Shown: piece by piece, positions 53,211 to 63,151 of the stretch | Layout: each line of letters begins with the position of its first letter | How positions within the stretch are numbered: position 1 is the stretch's first letter | Assembly: GCA_030699935.1 (NCBI GenBank) | Contig: JAUYKS010000002.1 | Span: forward strand, 81-64,080 | Origin: a bacterium | Lineage (GTDB): Bacteria; Patescibacteriota; SICC01 | Direction of reading: 5' to 3' | Length of the DNA stretch: 64,000 bases | The notes under the pieces: generated by a model | Told to the model about the DNA's origin: nothing | The model's input: only the letters and a program-made list of their open reading frames with translations | Databases searched by the model: none | Position numbers and translations under genes: made by a program

Positions 53211-55934
53211 TTAGGAGGCTTCGAGCTTGGCGAGGGCCGCTTCGGCTTCCGCGAGCTGGGCTTTCGTCTCGGCGACGACGTGTTCCGGCGCGTTTTCGAC
53301 ATAATCCTCGTTTGCGAGCCGCTCCTTGAACCGCTCTATCTCCATTCTCTTGGCCTCGACTTCCCGCTGCAAATGCGCGGCCGCTGCATCGCTGGCCAAA
53401 CCGGCGAGCGGCACGACTACAGTGGCGTCGCCGACCGCGGCCCGGGCGACTTCTCCAGTCGGCGGATTCTGCCCGACCCGAAGGATCGAGACCCGCGCCA
53501 GCTTGGTGATCACGTCGCCGGCCGCCGCGATCCAATCCGGTTCGTCGGTGACCACGTACGCCTGCACGAACGAAGCCGCCGGCGTCTGGTGCTCCGCCCG
53601 GATCCGGCGGATCGTCTCGATCACCTCGCGGATGCGGTCGAACCGGGCGCCGTCCTCCGGCTGGTCCAGATCCCCGTGCACCGCCGGCCAAGGACTGGTG
53701 ATCAGCGCGCTGCCTTTGCCGCTCGCACCCTTGCCGAGGCCGTCCCGCCAGATCACCTCGGTGAGAAACGGCATGAACGGATGGAGGAGCCCGAGGATCG
53801 TCTCAAGGACGTACTTCAGGATGATGCCGGTGTTCCGGGCGGCCTCGTCGTTCCGCAGTTGGACCTTGGCCGCCTCGAGGTACCAGTCCGCGAAGTCCGA
53901 CCAGATGAACTCGTACAGCGCGTTGCCGGCGAATCCGAGGTCGTACGGTTTGGCGAGCTTCTTCGGAGTGGCCGGCTCCGGCGTTTTTCCCGGCTTGTCG
54001 TAAGCGGCCGGGTCGTGGAACGCGGCCTCGACCGTCTGCGCGGTCCGGTAGAGCTTGTGCAGGATGCCGCGGTCGAAAGTCGTAAGGGTTTCTGCCCGCA
54101 GGTCGCCGAGTCCGGCTTCGCCCTCGACGGTGTCGGTGACGAACCGCGAGATGTTCCAGATCTTGTTCGCGAAGTTGCGGGACTTCACCAGTCGCGCCTC
54201 GTCGAACTTGAGGTCGTTGCCCGGCGAGGAGGAAGTCACGAGCATCCAGCGCAGGGCGTCGGCGCCGTACTTGCCGATCATCTCGAGCGGGTCGACTCCG
54301 TTGCCGAGCGACTTCGAGAACTTCCGCCCGCGCTGGTCGCGGACCAAGCCGTGGAGGTACGCGGTGTGAAACGGCGGCTTCAGCGCACCTTTGCCCGCGC
54401 CGCCTCCTGCGCCCGGCTTCACGTCCAGCGCCACCGTCATCAGCACCATCCGGGTGATCCAGAAGAAGATGATGTCGTAGCCGGTCTCGAGCACGTCGTT
54501 CGGGAAGAAGCGCTTGAAGTCCGGCGCCGTCTGCTTCGGCCAGCCCATCGTCGAGAACGGCCAGAGCGCCGAGCTGAACCAGGTATCGAGCGTGTCCTGG
54601 CTTTTCTTGAATCCCGGCTTCGCGGTCAGCGAGACCTCGCCTTTGGCGTTCACGTACGCCGGCACCGGATGGCCGAACCAGACCTGGCGCGAGATGCACC
54701 AGTCGTGCAGCTTCTCGAGCCAATCGAGATACGTCTTCTCGAACCGCTGCGGGACGAACTTGAGGTCGCCGTCCCGGGCGAACCTGGCGGCTTGCTTCTT
54801 GATGTCCGAGACCTTCAGGAACCACTGCTCGGAGATGCGCGGCTCGATCACGTCGTCGCTACGGTAACAGCGCCCGACCGAATGCTTGTGGACTTCTTTT
54901 TTCACCAGGAGCTTCTCATGCTTCAGCCAATCGACCATCTTCTTCCGCGCCGCGAACCGGTCGAGCCCGGCGAGCTTCGGACCCGCGGCCTCGGTCATCT
55001 TCCCGTCCTCGCCGATCACTTCGAGCGGCGGGCCGGCTTCTTTCGGCCGCCGCTCGTACACCGCGTAGTCGTTCTTGTCGTGGAACGGCGTGATCTTCAC
55101 GACGCCGGTACCGAACTCCGGATCGACCATCTCGTCCGCCAGCACCCGCAGCGTTCGCGGACCGTTGATCGTCTTGACCTCGATCTCCTTACCGACCCAC
55201 TTAGCGTAGCGCTTGTCCTTGGGGTGCACGGCGACCGCCGTGTCGCCGACCTTGGTCTCCGGTCGCGTGGTGCCGAGCGTGAACGGTCCGTACTTCATGT
55301 AGTAGAGGACGCCCTCCTGCTCCTTATAGACGACCTCGTCGTCGGCCAGTACCGTCCGGCAGGTCGGACACCAGTTCACCATGTAGCTGCCGCGGTAGAT
55401 CAGGCCTTTCTTGAACAGCCGCTTGAACGCTTCCGCGACCGCGGCCTTGCGAGGCGGATCCAACGTGAACGCGTTCCGGCTCCAATCGCAGGAAGTGCCC
55501 ATCGCGCGGACCTGGTCTTCGATGATCTTCTTGTTTTCCATCGCGAAGGCAAGCGTCCGCTTCTCGAAATCGGCGCGGCCGAGGTCGTGGCGGGTCTTGC
55601 CGTCGGCGGCGAGCTGCTTGTCGACCTGGGCCGCCGTGGCGATCGCGGCGTGGTCGGTGCCGGGGAGGTATAGCGTGTCAAAACCGCGCTTACGGTGGTA
55701 GCGGGTCAGCGCGTCCTCGAGCGCCAGCATGATTGCGTGACCGCTGTGCAACCGGTCGGTTACGTTCGGCGGCGGCATGATGATCGAGTACGGTCGGCGC
55801 TCCTTGTCGGCCTTCTTCCGGCTGTCGGACGCCGGCTTGAACGCGCCCGACTTTTCCCAGGCCGCGTAGACCGCGTCTTCGTAGGCGGCGGGCTCGTACG
55901 TCTTGGGGAGTTCCTGCTTGGCGCGTTCCTTCAC
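53211..55934 (-). CDS. valS: Valine--tRNA ligase
   Basis: PPPNVT..LHSGH, PGTDHA, TTRPET, DWCISRQ, DTWFSS, KFSKSLGN, C-terminal coiled coil; GTG 55934 follows TACTAT. Confidence 0.97.
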   Translation of the reverse strand: MKERAKQELPKTYEPAAYEDAVYAAWEKSGAFKPASDSRKKADKERRPYSIIMPPPNVTDRLHSGHAIMLALEDALTRYHRKRGFDTLYLPGTDHAAIATAAQVDKQLAADGKTRHDLGRADFEKRTLAFAMENKKIIEDQVRAMGTSCDWSRNAFTLDPPRKAAVAEAFKRLFKKGLIYRGSYMVNWCPTCRTVLADDEVVYKEQEGVLYYMKYGPFTLGTTRPETKVGDTAVAVHPKDKRYAKWVGKEIEVKTINGPRTLRVLADEMVDPEFGTGVVKITPFHDKNDYAVYERRPKEAGPPLEVIGEDGKMTEAAGPKLAGLDRFAARKKMVDWLKHEKLLVKKEVHKHSVGRCYRSDDVIEPRISEQWFLKVSDIKKQAARFARDGDLKFVPQRFEKTYLDWLEKLHDWCISRQVWFGHPVPAYVNAKGEVSLTAKPGFKKSQDTLDTWFSSALWPFSTMGWPKQTAPDFKRFFPNDVLETGYDIIFFWITRMVLMTVALDVKPGAGGGAGKGALKPPFHTAYLHGLVRDQRGRKFSKSLGNGVDPLEMIGKYGADALRWMLVTSSSPGNDLKFDEARLVKSRNFANKIWNISRFVTDTVEGEAGLGDLRAETLTTFDRGILHKLYRTAQTVEAAFHDPAAYDKPGKTPEPATPKKLAKPYDLGFAGNALYEFIWSDFADWYLEAAKVQLRNDEAARNTGIILKYVLETILGLLHPFMPFLTEVIWRDGLGKGASGKGSALITSPWPAVHGDLDQPEDGARFDRIREVIETIRRIRAEHQTPAASFVQAYVVTDEPDWIAAAGDVITKLARVSILRVGQNPPTGEVARAAVGDATVVVPLAGLASDAAAAHLQREVEAKRMEIERFKERLANEDYVENAPEHVVAETKAQLAEAEAALAKLEAS

Positions 55935-55975
55935 GACTCTAATAGTAACGCGCGCCGGGAGGTTATCATTAACGG

Positions 55976-58060
55976 GTGCCACGTTCCCGACCGAAGAAAC
56001 GCTACAGTCTCGACCAGCTCGTCGCGTACGCGATCCTGACCGTCGTCGGCGTGGCGATGCTGGTGACCGTCTGGCCTTCGCTGAACGCGGACGGCTACCT
56101 CGCGGCCTGGGACGCCGGCGGACACTTGCTGAAAGCGGAGTTTTTCGCGCACCAACTGCTGGCACACGGCCAGCTCGACGGCTGGTTCCCGGCCTGGCAT
56201 GGCGGATTCGGGTTGTTCCAGTATTACCCGCCGCTTCTGTACTATTTGCTCGGCCCGCTGACGTATCTCTTCCAACCGGAGTTAGCGCTGCGATTGTTCA
56301 CGGCGGCGCTCTGGATCGGATTGCTCCCGGCCACGTACTATTTATTGCGCAGCTTCTCGCTGTCCCGCCCGTTCGCCGCTCTCGGCAGCGGCCTGCTGCT
56401 TTCGCTGAACGCCTCCTTCGGGGTCGGGCTCGGCGCGCTGTACGGCGTCGGCCTGTTGCCGAACGGTCTCGGGTTCATCCTCGCGATCTGGGCATTGGGG
56501 CGGCTCAAGCGAGACCTCTTCGACCGGCGCGGCACGTCGGACATCCTGCTGACCGGCGTCGTCTTCGGTCTGTTGGTCCTGGCCCACACCTTCTCAGCGT
56601 ACTGGTTCCTCCTGGCCTCGGCGGTCCTGGTGGTGAGCGCGGCCTGGGGCCGGCACCGCGCCGGCATCGTCCCGATCCTCAAACGATACGGCCTGGTGCT
56701 GGCCGTCGGCTTGGCCCTCTCCGCCTACTGGTGGATCCCGCTGCTCGGTACGTTCGACGAGATGGGCGCGACCGGCGCGATCCAGCAGCAATCGCCGGGA
56801 GAAATCCTCAAGGGACTGCTGCTGTCCCAGGATTCCGGCGGCTGGCCGCTGAGCGTCCTGGCGGCGGCGGGATTGGCGTACCTTGGATTCCGGCGCCGCT
56901 TCCGCGAACTCGGATTCTTCGCGGCGACGGGCATCCTCACGCTGCTGCTATCCGTCAACGCGATCAACGGATTACTGCCGTTCGGCGGCATCGTCGGCTC
57001 GAGCCAGTTCATCCGGTTCCACGCGTTCTTCGCCCTGCTGCTGATGGTCCTCGGCGCGATCGGACTGGCCGGCCTGTGGCACGCCGCCGTCCGGGTGCGG
57101 CGCCGATACCGTCCGGTCGGAATCGCGGTCGCCGTTTCCACCGTGGCGCTGCTGTTCAACTTCGTGGTGCTGCCGACGCTGTACGGCAAGGCAGGGTTCA
57201 TCCGGGTCGTCGACAACGAACCGACGGCGGAGCTGGACCAGCTGGCCGAGCAACTGGCAGACCGACTCCGGCCCGGAGAGTTCGTTTTGTCCGAGTTCAA
57301 CTGGGAATCGCGGTACTTCCTCGGATCGCCGCACTTCGTGAACCAACGCTTGCCGCGCGAGCTGCCCGAGATCCGCGACCTGGACGGTAACTTCCCGGAG
57401 GGTACGAAAGGCGCGGCCCGGCCGGTACTGATCGCTTCGACCATGGGCGACCGCTTGTTCCTCGGTTCGCAGGCGGAATACCTGCGGAGCCGCGGCGTGC
57501 GGTATCTGGTCAGCACGTTCCCGATCACGCGCCGTTCACTCGACCGGCAGGAGTGGCTGCGGCCGGTCTGGCAAGGGCGGATCCTTTCGCTCTACGAGGT
57601 CCGGCGGTTCGACCGGGCGTTCGGATTGCCGCCGCGAGCCGCCGGGTCGCTGACCTCGGCCGAGTTCCGGAACGGTTCCTATCGTCTCCGGTTCAGCCGA
57701 CCGGTCGAGCTGGCGGACGGGACGACGCTGGCGCTGAGCTATCATCCCTGGCTGGTCGTCCGGAACGAGGGCAGCGCATCGAACGGCGGGACCGGCGAGC
57801 GCGGCGCGGCGGACCGTGGCGACGAACTGAGGACCAAGGATTCCAGCGACCGGCTGGCGATCGCCGAACCGGCCGTCACCAAGGAGCTGACGGTCTCGTA
57901 TGAACCGCCGGGCTGGGTGCGCGGGTCGTGGATCGTCTCGGTGCTGGGATTGCTGGGACTCGGGATCCTGCTCGCCAAACGCCGCCGGATCACAGCTTGG
58001 CTGACCGACCGAGTGCCAGCGAGGGGTCGGCGGAAACGGCGAACCGCTCGCCGCCGCTGA
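55976..58060 (+). CDS. Polytopic membrane protein, PTPS-related/YfhO-like GT-C family
   Basis: WD..GH, W.P.W.GG...FQYYPPL.Y, LAH, LSAYWW.P, SYHPW. Confidence 0.7.
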   Translation: MPRSRPKKRYSLDQLVAYAILTVVGVAMLVTVWPSLNADGYLAAWDAGGHLLKAEFFAHQLLAHGQLDGWFPAWHGGFGLFQYYPPLLYYLLGPLTYLFQPELALRLFTAALWIGLLPATYYLLRSFSLSRPFAALGSGLLLSLNASFGVGLGALYGVGLLPNGLGFILAIWALGRLKRDLFDRRGTSDILLTGVVFGLLVLAHTFSAYWFLLASAVLVVSAAWGRHRAGIVPILKRYGLVLAVGLALSAYWWIPLLGTFDEMGATGAIQQQSPGEILKGLLLSQDSGGWPLSVLAAAGLAYLGFRRRFRELGFFAATGILTLLLSVNAINGLLPFGGIVGSSQFIRFHAFFALLLMVLGAIGLAGLWHAAVRVRRRYRPVGIAVAVSTVALLFNFVVLPTLYGKAGFIRVVDNEPTAELDQLAEQLADRLRPGEFVLSEFNWESRYFLGSPHFVNQRLPRELPEIRDLDGNFPEGTKGAARPVLIASTMGDRLFLGSQAEYLRSRGVRYLVSTFPITRRSLDRQEWLRPVWQGRILSLYEVRRFDRAFGLPPRAAGSLTSAEFRNGSYRLRFSRPVELADGTTLALSYHPWLVVRNEGSASNGGTGERGAADRGDELRTKDSSDRLAIAEPAVTKELTVSYEPPGWVRGSWIVSVLGLLGLGILLAKRRRITAWLTDRVPARGRRKRRTARRR

Positions 58061-59045
58061 GCGCCTCGTCCCGCTTCCAGTATGCGGCGATGCCGATCAT
58101 CGCGGCGTTGTCGGTGGCATATTCCGTCGGCGTGAGCAAGACCGGCACCTCCAGCTTTTCGGTGAGCGATTTCCGGAGCCGGTCGTTGGCGGCGACCCCG
58201 CCGCCGAGCAGCACGGCGGACGGTCCGGTCGCCCGCACGGCGCGGACGGCCTTGGTGACCAGCGCGTCGACGACCGCCGTTTCGAACGACGCGCAGATGT
58301 CGGCGAGTTCCTTTTTAGGGAGCTGCTTCGCGAGGTCCCGGCCGCCGTTGTCCTTCCGTCCGGCCAGCGTCTGCCGGACCGCGGTCTTCAGTCCTGAGAA
58401 AGACAGGTCGAAGTTGTCCTGATCCAGCATCGCGCGCGGGAAATGGTACGCGGCCGGGTCGCCGCCTTTGGAGAGCTTTGAGATCTCCGGACCGGCAGGG
58501 TACGGCAGGCCGAGTAACTTGCCGACCTTGTCGAATGCTTCGCCGGCCGCGTCGTCGCGGGTCGAGCCGACCAGCTCGAAGTCGTGATGCCCGCGCATCA
58601 GCACGAATTCGGTATGGCCGCCGGACACGACCATGCCGAGGTACGGGAACCGGAATTCCTTTTCCGCGGCGAGGCAGGCGTACAAGTGTCCGGCCAGGTG
58701 GTTCACTGGTACCAACGGCTTGTCCTTGGCGAGGGCCAACGCCTTGGCCGTCTCGAGGCCGACGATCAGGGAGCCGACCAGACCGGGACCTTGCGTGACG
58801 GCGATTGCGTAGATTCCGTCTCGGCCGGTCCCGTCCCAACCAACCTTCGCGTCGGCCAGCGCCTTCTCGACGACCGGGATGATCGTCTCCAGCTGCAACC
58901 GGGCCGCGACTTCGGGAACGACGCCGCCGGTGACGCGGTGCACGTCGATCTGCGAACTGACGACATTGGAGCGGACCGTCCGGCCGTCGGTCACGACCGC
59001 GGCCGCGGTCTCGTCGCACGAACTCTCGATGGCGAGGATATTCAT
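57990..59045 (-). CDS. tsaD: tRNA threonylcarbamoyltransferase TsaD
   Basis: ILAIESSCDET, GGVVPE.A, GPGL, NHLAGH, VSGGHT, DDAAGEAFDK, GGVAAN, DNAAMI. Confidence 0.97.
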   Translation of the reverse strand: MNILAIESSCDETAAAVVTDGRTVRSNVVSSQIDVHRVTGGVVPEVAARLQLETIIPVVEKALADAKVGWDGTGRDGIYAIAVTQGPGLVGSLIVGLETAKALALAKDKPLVPVNHLAGHLYACLAAEKEFRFPYLGMVVSGGHTEFVLMRGHHDFELVGSTRDDAAGEAFDKVGKLLGLPYPAGPEISKLSKGGDPAAYHFPRAMLDQDNFDLSFSGLKTAVRQTLAGRKDNGGRDLAKQLPKKELADICASFETAVVDALVTKAVRAVRATGPSAVLLGGGVAANDRLRKSLTEKLEVPVLLTPTEYATDNAAMIGIAAYWKRDEALSGGERFAVSADPSLALGRSAKL

Positions 59046-59046
59046 C

Positions 59047-59595
59047 TCAACCCGAAAACCGCATGTCATACCAATCCAGTCCATACTCGGTCTGGATCAG
59101 CACTCGCTCGCCCTCCGCGCTGTGTTTGTGATCTTGGAGGCCGAGCAACTTCAGGGCTTCTTGCACATGCTCCTCGCTTGTCCCCTCGATTTCCAAATAA
59201 GGCGGCATGCCGGGATACGTATCGAGGTCGAACTGCCAGCCCTTCAGTTTCCAAGAGGTGCGGTCCTTCTCCTGATGGGCGTATTTTTCCAGGCCGATCT
59301 CTTCGAACATCGCCGCGAGTTGCCCGGGCTCTGCCAGGTTCAAGTTAATTTCACGGTGCTTTCGGGATGCACCTAGCTTTTCCGATTTTCCTTTCCAGGT
59401 CGCTTCGGAACGTCCGTCCGAGTAACTGCGTATTCGAAGGTACCAGGAATTTTCTCCTTCTTTGCTGCCGGTCGTTCGAAACCAGTCGACGACGAGCCGG
59501 CCGTCGAACAGTTGCTTTGCCTTAAGTTTGGCTAACGCCTGCGCAACACGGTCCCTTTGAACGTCCAGTACTTTCGTTTCGACTTCGTGAGCCAT
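59047..59595 (-). CDS. CYTH domain protein (class IV adenylate cyclase-like)
   Basis: EVETK (ExExK), LRIR, TWKG, EK.R, D..P....YLEIE. Confidence 0.85.
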   Translation of the reverse strand: MAHEVETKVLDVQRDRVAQALAKLKAKQLFDGRLVVDWFRTTGSKEGENSWYLRIRSYSDGRSEATWKGKSEKLGASRKHREINLNLAEPGQLAAMFEEIGLEKYAHQEKDRTSWKLKGWQFDLDTYPGMPPYLEIEGTSEEHVQEALKLLGLQDHKHSAEGERVLIQTEYGLDWYDMRFSG

Positions 59596-59636
59596 AAAGT
59601 CAGTCTAACGGCCGAACCCTGTTATCGTAATACGGT

Positions 59637-60698
59637 ATGCAGGTAGAAGATTTCAGCCGGGCCAAGGGGGCGTGGAACAAGTTCGCGCGCGAAAACCGCG
59701 GCGGCGTGCTGCAGAGCTACGAGTGGGGCGAGTTCCGCCAGGAGATGGAATGGGAAGTCAGCTACCTCGGCGTCCGCGACGGCAAGACGACGCGACTCCA
59801 GGCGCTTGTGATGCGGAAGGCGCTGCCGGCGGGCTACGGCTTCTATTACGTGCCGGAAGGTCCGGTCGTGAAGGGCGGCGACTGGAACGACCCGAAGAAC
59901 CGCGAGGCGTTCGAAGCCTTCGTCGCGCACCTCGAGCAGCGGGCGCACGAGGACAAGACGGTCTTCATGAAGGTCGACCCGCACCTGCCAGCCGAATCGT
60001 TCCCGCTGGACTGGCTCGCGCAGATCGGATTCCGCGACAGTCCCGAGGACGTCCAGGCCGCGGTGGTCAGCGAGGTCGACCTGAAGCCGAAGCTCGAGGA
60101 CATCTTCGCCGGCTTCAAGCAGAAGGGCCGCTACAACGTCCGGAAGGCGGTAAAGCACGGCGTGACGGTCCGCAAAGGCACCGGCGAAAAGGAGCTCGAA
60201 CAGTTCTACGGACTTCTCGAGGAGACGGCCAAGCGGCAGGGGATCACCTACCGCAAGAAGTGGTACTACGAACTTTTCCGCAAGCACCTGATGCAGGAGC
60301 ACAAGGACGCGGAATTCTTGATCGCGTACCACGGCCAGGGCAAGGAAAAGTCCCCGGTCGCGGCGATCCTGGTGACGTTCTTCGGCGACGAGGCCGTCTA
60401 TCTCTACGGCGGATCGACCCAGGCGGATCGCAATCTCTACGCGAGCTACCTGATCCAGTGGTCCGGCATGGAGGAAGCGCGGAGGCGCGGCTGCAAGTTC
60501 TACAACATGACCGGCATCGCGGCGACGGACGATCAAAACGATTCCTGGGCCGGGCTCCGGCAGTTCAAGCTGAAGTTCGGCGGCGGCCAGACCGACCTCG
60601 TCGGCGCGCGGGACTACGTCTTCCGGCCGGTCGAGTACTTCCTGTTCACGAACGCGGACCGCGTCCGGCGGAAACTGGCGAAACGTTCGGGCCACTAA
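59637..60698 (+). CDS. FemABX/MurMN peptidoglycan interpeptide-bridge aminoacyltransferase
   Basis: LQSYEWG, GPV, RYNVRKA.K.GV, YLYGGS, Y...GI, GL.QFK.KFGG. Confidence 0.92.
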   Translation: MQVEDFSRAKGAWNKFARENRGGVLQSYEWGEFRQEMEWEVSYLGVRDGKTTRLQALVMRKALPAGYGFYYVPEGPVVKGGDWNDPKNREAFEAFVAHLEQRAHEDKTVFMKVDPHLPAESFPLDWLAQIGFRDSPEDVQAAVVSEVDLKPKLEDIFAGFKQKGRYNVRKAVKHGVTVRKGTGEKELEQFYGLLEETAKRQGITYRKKWYYELFRKHLMQEHKDAEFLIAYHGQGKEKSPVAAILVTFFGDEAVYLYGGSTQADRNLYASYLIQWSGMEEARRRGCKFYNMTGIAATDDQNDSWAGLRQFKLKFGGGQTDLVGARDYVFRPVEYFLFTNADRVRRKLAKRSGH

Positions 60699-60715
60699 GC
60701 TCGTAGAATAGCGGC

Positions 60716-61306
60716 ATGGGACAAGCCCCGACCGATCCGCTGGTGAGCCTCAAGCAGTCCGGTCTCCGGGTCTGGAATTATTACTGGCACTTCCGGCACG
60801 AGCTCAAGATGAGCGAGGACGAGCTTCGCGAGGTCGGGATCGAAGGCGATGATCTGTTCATCCGGCCGGAACTGATCGAGCCGCTCAAGCAGGCGGACCG
60901 CGCCTTCCGCAAGCAAGGCTACGAACTGATCGTGAAGGATGCCTACCGCTCGCCGGAGCTGTACGAGTTGGCGTACCGCAAACGGCATGCCCGGTGGGGC
61001 AAGAAGGCTACCGACAGGCTCTACAACATGAAGGACAAGCCGCACACGTCGGGGCTGGTCGTAGACGTCAATCTCGTCGATCCGAAGACCGGAGAACAGG
61101 TCCGGATGCGCGATCCGAAGCATGACGATGACGGCGCGCAGACCATCGGCTACTACAAGGACAAGGACGATCCGACGAGCCGCGAGTACCAGCGCCTGCA
61201 GGACCTACTGATCGAGACGATGCTCGCGGTCGGATTCAAGCTAGGCGTGAAGCGCGAGTTCTGGCATTTCGAGTGGCCCGCGTCCGGCCAGCGAGTCGTA
61301 CAGTAG
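60716..61306 (+). CDS. D-alanyl-D-alanine dipeptidase (VanX/DdpX, M15D)
   Basis: DAYRS, PHTSGLVVDV, M...GF....EFWHF. Confidence 0.8.
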   Translation: MGQAPTDPLVSLKQSGLRVWNYYWHFRHELKMSEDELREVGIEGDDLFIRPELIEPLKQADRAFRKQGYELIVKDAYRSPELYELAYRKRHARWGKKATDRLYNMKDKPHTSGLVVDVNLVDPKTGEQVRMRDPKHDDDGAQTIGYYKDKDDPTSREYQRLQDLLIETMLAVGFKLGVKREFWHFEWPASGQRVVQ

Positions 61307-61315
61307 AATGACCCC

Positions 61316-62662
61316 ATGGAGCGAATCCTCGTGCCGATCCGCCAGGCGATCCCCGACCCGTTGCTGAACGCGGTCCGGGTGCCGTATCACTTCGGGTGGG
61401 CGTTGCTCGGGAACCTGATCTACCGATTTCCGGCGCGGAAACTCAAGATCGTCGGGATCACGGGGACGAAAGGGAAGTCCACCACGTCGTACTTGGCCGC
61501 CAAGGTACTGGAAGCCGGCGGCTTCAAGACCGGGCTGATCTCCGGCGTGATGATCAAGGTCGGCCCCGAGGAGACGCGCAACCGGACCAGCCTGACCACG
61601 CTGGGCCGCCTGGCTAACCCGCGACTGCTCCGCCGGATGGTCAAGGCCGGCTGCACCCACGTGGTGGTCGAGGTGACGTCGCACGCCCTGAACCAGTTCC
61701 GCGTCTGGGGCGTCCCGTTCGAGACGGCGGTATTCACGAACTTCAGCCAGGAGCACCTGGAACTGCACGGAAACAGCATGGCGAACTACCGGGCGGCCAA
61801 GGGCAAGCTGTTCCGGAAGCTCCGTCGGGCCGAGCAAAGCACGTCGATCGTCAACGGCGACGACAAAGAGGCGCCGTACTTCCTGGAGTTCTTCGCGGAC
61901 ACCAAGTACGTCTACGGCACGAAGCCGGAGATCCGGGACGTGCACCCGCTGGCCCGGACGGTGGTGGCGGAGGACGTCAAACTGAAGCCGGACGGCACGA
62001 CGTTCACGGTGCGGAACGAGGAGACGGTCCGGGTCGCCTCGCACCTGGCGGGTGGGTTCAACGTCTCGAACGCGCTAGCGGCGGTCTCCGTCGGACTGGC
62101 CTACGGCGTGAAACCGAAGGACGTCGCCCGGGGAATCGGTTCGGTCCCGAGCGTACCGGGCCGGGTGGAACGGATCGAGGCGGGCCAGCCGTTCTCGATC
62201 ATCGTCGACTTCGCCCACACCCCCGACTCGTACCGTACCGTCCTGACGGCGCTTCGCGAGATCACGCCGGGGCGGCTGATCACCGTCTTCGGTGCGTATG
62301 GCAACCGCGACATGCGGAAGTTCCCCGGCATCGGCAAGGTGAACGCGGAGTTCGCGGACCACATGATCCTCACCGAGGACGACCCGGGCACCGACGACCC
62401 GGATATGCTCACCGGACTGCTGGTCAAAGGCATCAAGCAGGCGAAGGGCGGGAAAGGCAAAGGAGCTGCGGGACGATACGAGATCGAGATGGACCGCCGC
62501 AAAGCCATCCGCCTGGCGTTCAAACAGGCGAAAAAGGATGATACCGTCGCGATCCTCGGCAAGGGCGGCCAGCTGGTCATGCGCTACGGCACGGGAAACG
62601 AGCCCTGGGACGACTCCAAGATCGCGGCCGAGGAGTGGAAGAAGCTGGTGCGCAATAAGTAG
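61316..62662 (+). CDS. murE: UDP-N-acetylmuramyl-tripeptide synthetase
   Basis: GITGTKGKSTT, EVTSH, FTNFSQEHLE.H, VPGR.E, VDFAHTPD, R..AI..A, GKG. Confidence 0.92.
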   Translation: MERILVPIRQAIPDPLLNAVRVPYHFGWALLGNLIYRFPARKLKIVGITGTKGKSTTSYLAAKVLEAGGFKTGLISGVMIKVGPEETRNRTSLTTLGRLANPRLLRRMVKAGCTHVVVEVTSHALNQFRVWGVPFETAVFTNFSQEHLELHGNSMANYRAAKGKLFRKLRRAEQSTSIVNGDDKEAPYFLEFFADTKYVYGTKPEIRDVHPLARTVVAEDVKLKPDGTTFTVRNEETVRVASHLAGGFNVSNALAAVSVGLAYGVKPKDVARGIGSVPSVPGRVERIEAGQPFSIIVDFAHTPDSYRTVLTALREITPGRLITVFGAYGNRDMRKFPGIGKVNAEFADHMILTEDDPGTDDPDMLTGLLVKGIKQAKGGKGKGAAGRYEIEMDRRKAIRLAFKQAKKDDTVAILGKGGQLVMRYGTGNEPWDDSKIAAEEWKKLVRNK

Positions 62663-62682
62663 CCGGACTATACTCAATCTGG

Positions 62683-63132
62683 ATGACATTCATCGAATCA
62701 GACGAGTTATCGCAAGACAAGGCACCGGACCCCGAAAGGGGTCTTTTTTCTAAGCCCGATCCGTCGGTCGCGGAGGAGTTCCGGGTGGACGTATCGCAGT
62801 TAGAGCGCCGCTCCGGCTACACGACCATGACCCGGATGGAACGGGATACGTATGACGCAGCCAGCCCGCATCGGGGGAATGAGTGGCTTTTCCTTCCGGG
62901 CACGATCGATCCCGAGAAGCTCGAAAAACGGCTATCTGGCCACATTCGTCCCGGCGCCACGGTCGTCCTGGTCGACGGCGCCGATACTGCCGAAATCCCT
63001 TTTGAGGATTTTCGAAAAGTCGATCCTCGGCTGTTCGCGGAGATGTCGCGGTATGCCCGGCACCGGCACAGTCTCGACCAATCCGGGTTACTGATTGAAC
63101 TCACCGAGCACCTGATTCAGAAGAACGCGTAG
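62683..63132 (+). CDS. Hypothetical protein
   Basis: 149-aa ORF after TATACT, co-oriented; no recognised motif. Confidence 0.55.
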   Translation: MTFIESDELSQDKAPDPERGLFSKPDPSVAEEFRVDVSQLERRSGYTTMTRMERDTYDAASPHRGNEWLFLPGTIDPEKLEKRLSGHIRPGATVVLVDGADTAEIPFEDFRKVDPRLFAEMSRYARHRHSLDQSGLLIELTEHLIQKNA

Positions 63133-63151
63133 CTACCGGTAAGATGGGGGC

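Noticed and set aside
53191-53302. 92-nt overlap of the TPR-like ORF with the valS 3' end
   Set aside because: The overlapping part translates to low-complexity off-frame sequence; an in-frame TTG at 53191 removes the overlap.
55934-56165. Apparent 77-aa N-terminal extension of ValS (also extensions of trpS, wzx and the 26413 ORF)
   Set aside because: ORF-caller artefacts overlapping neighbouring genes; downstream starts have -10 boxes or stop-start coupling.
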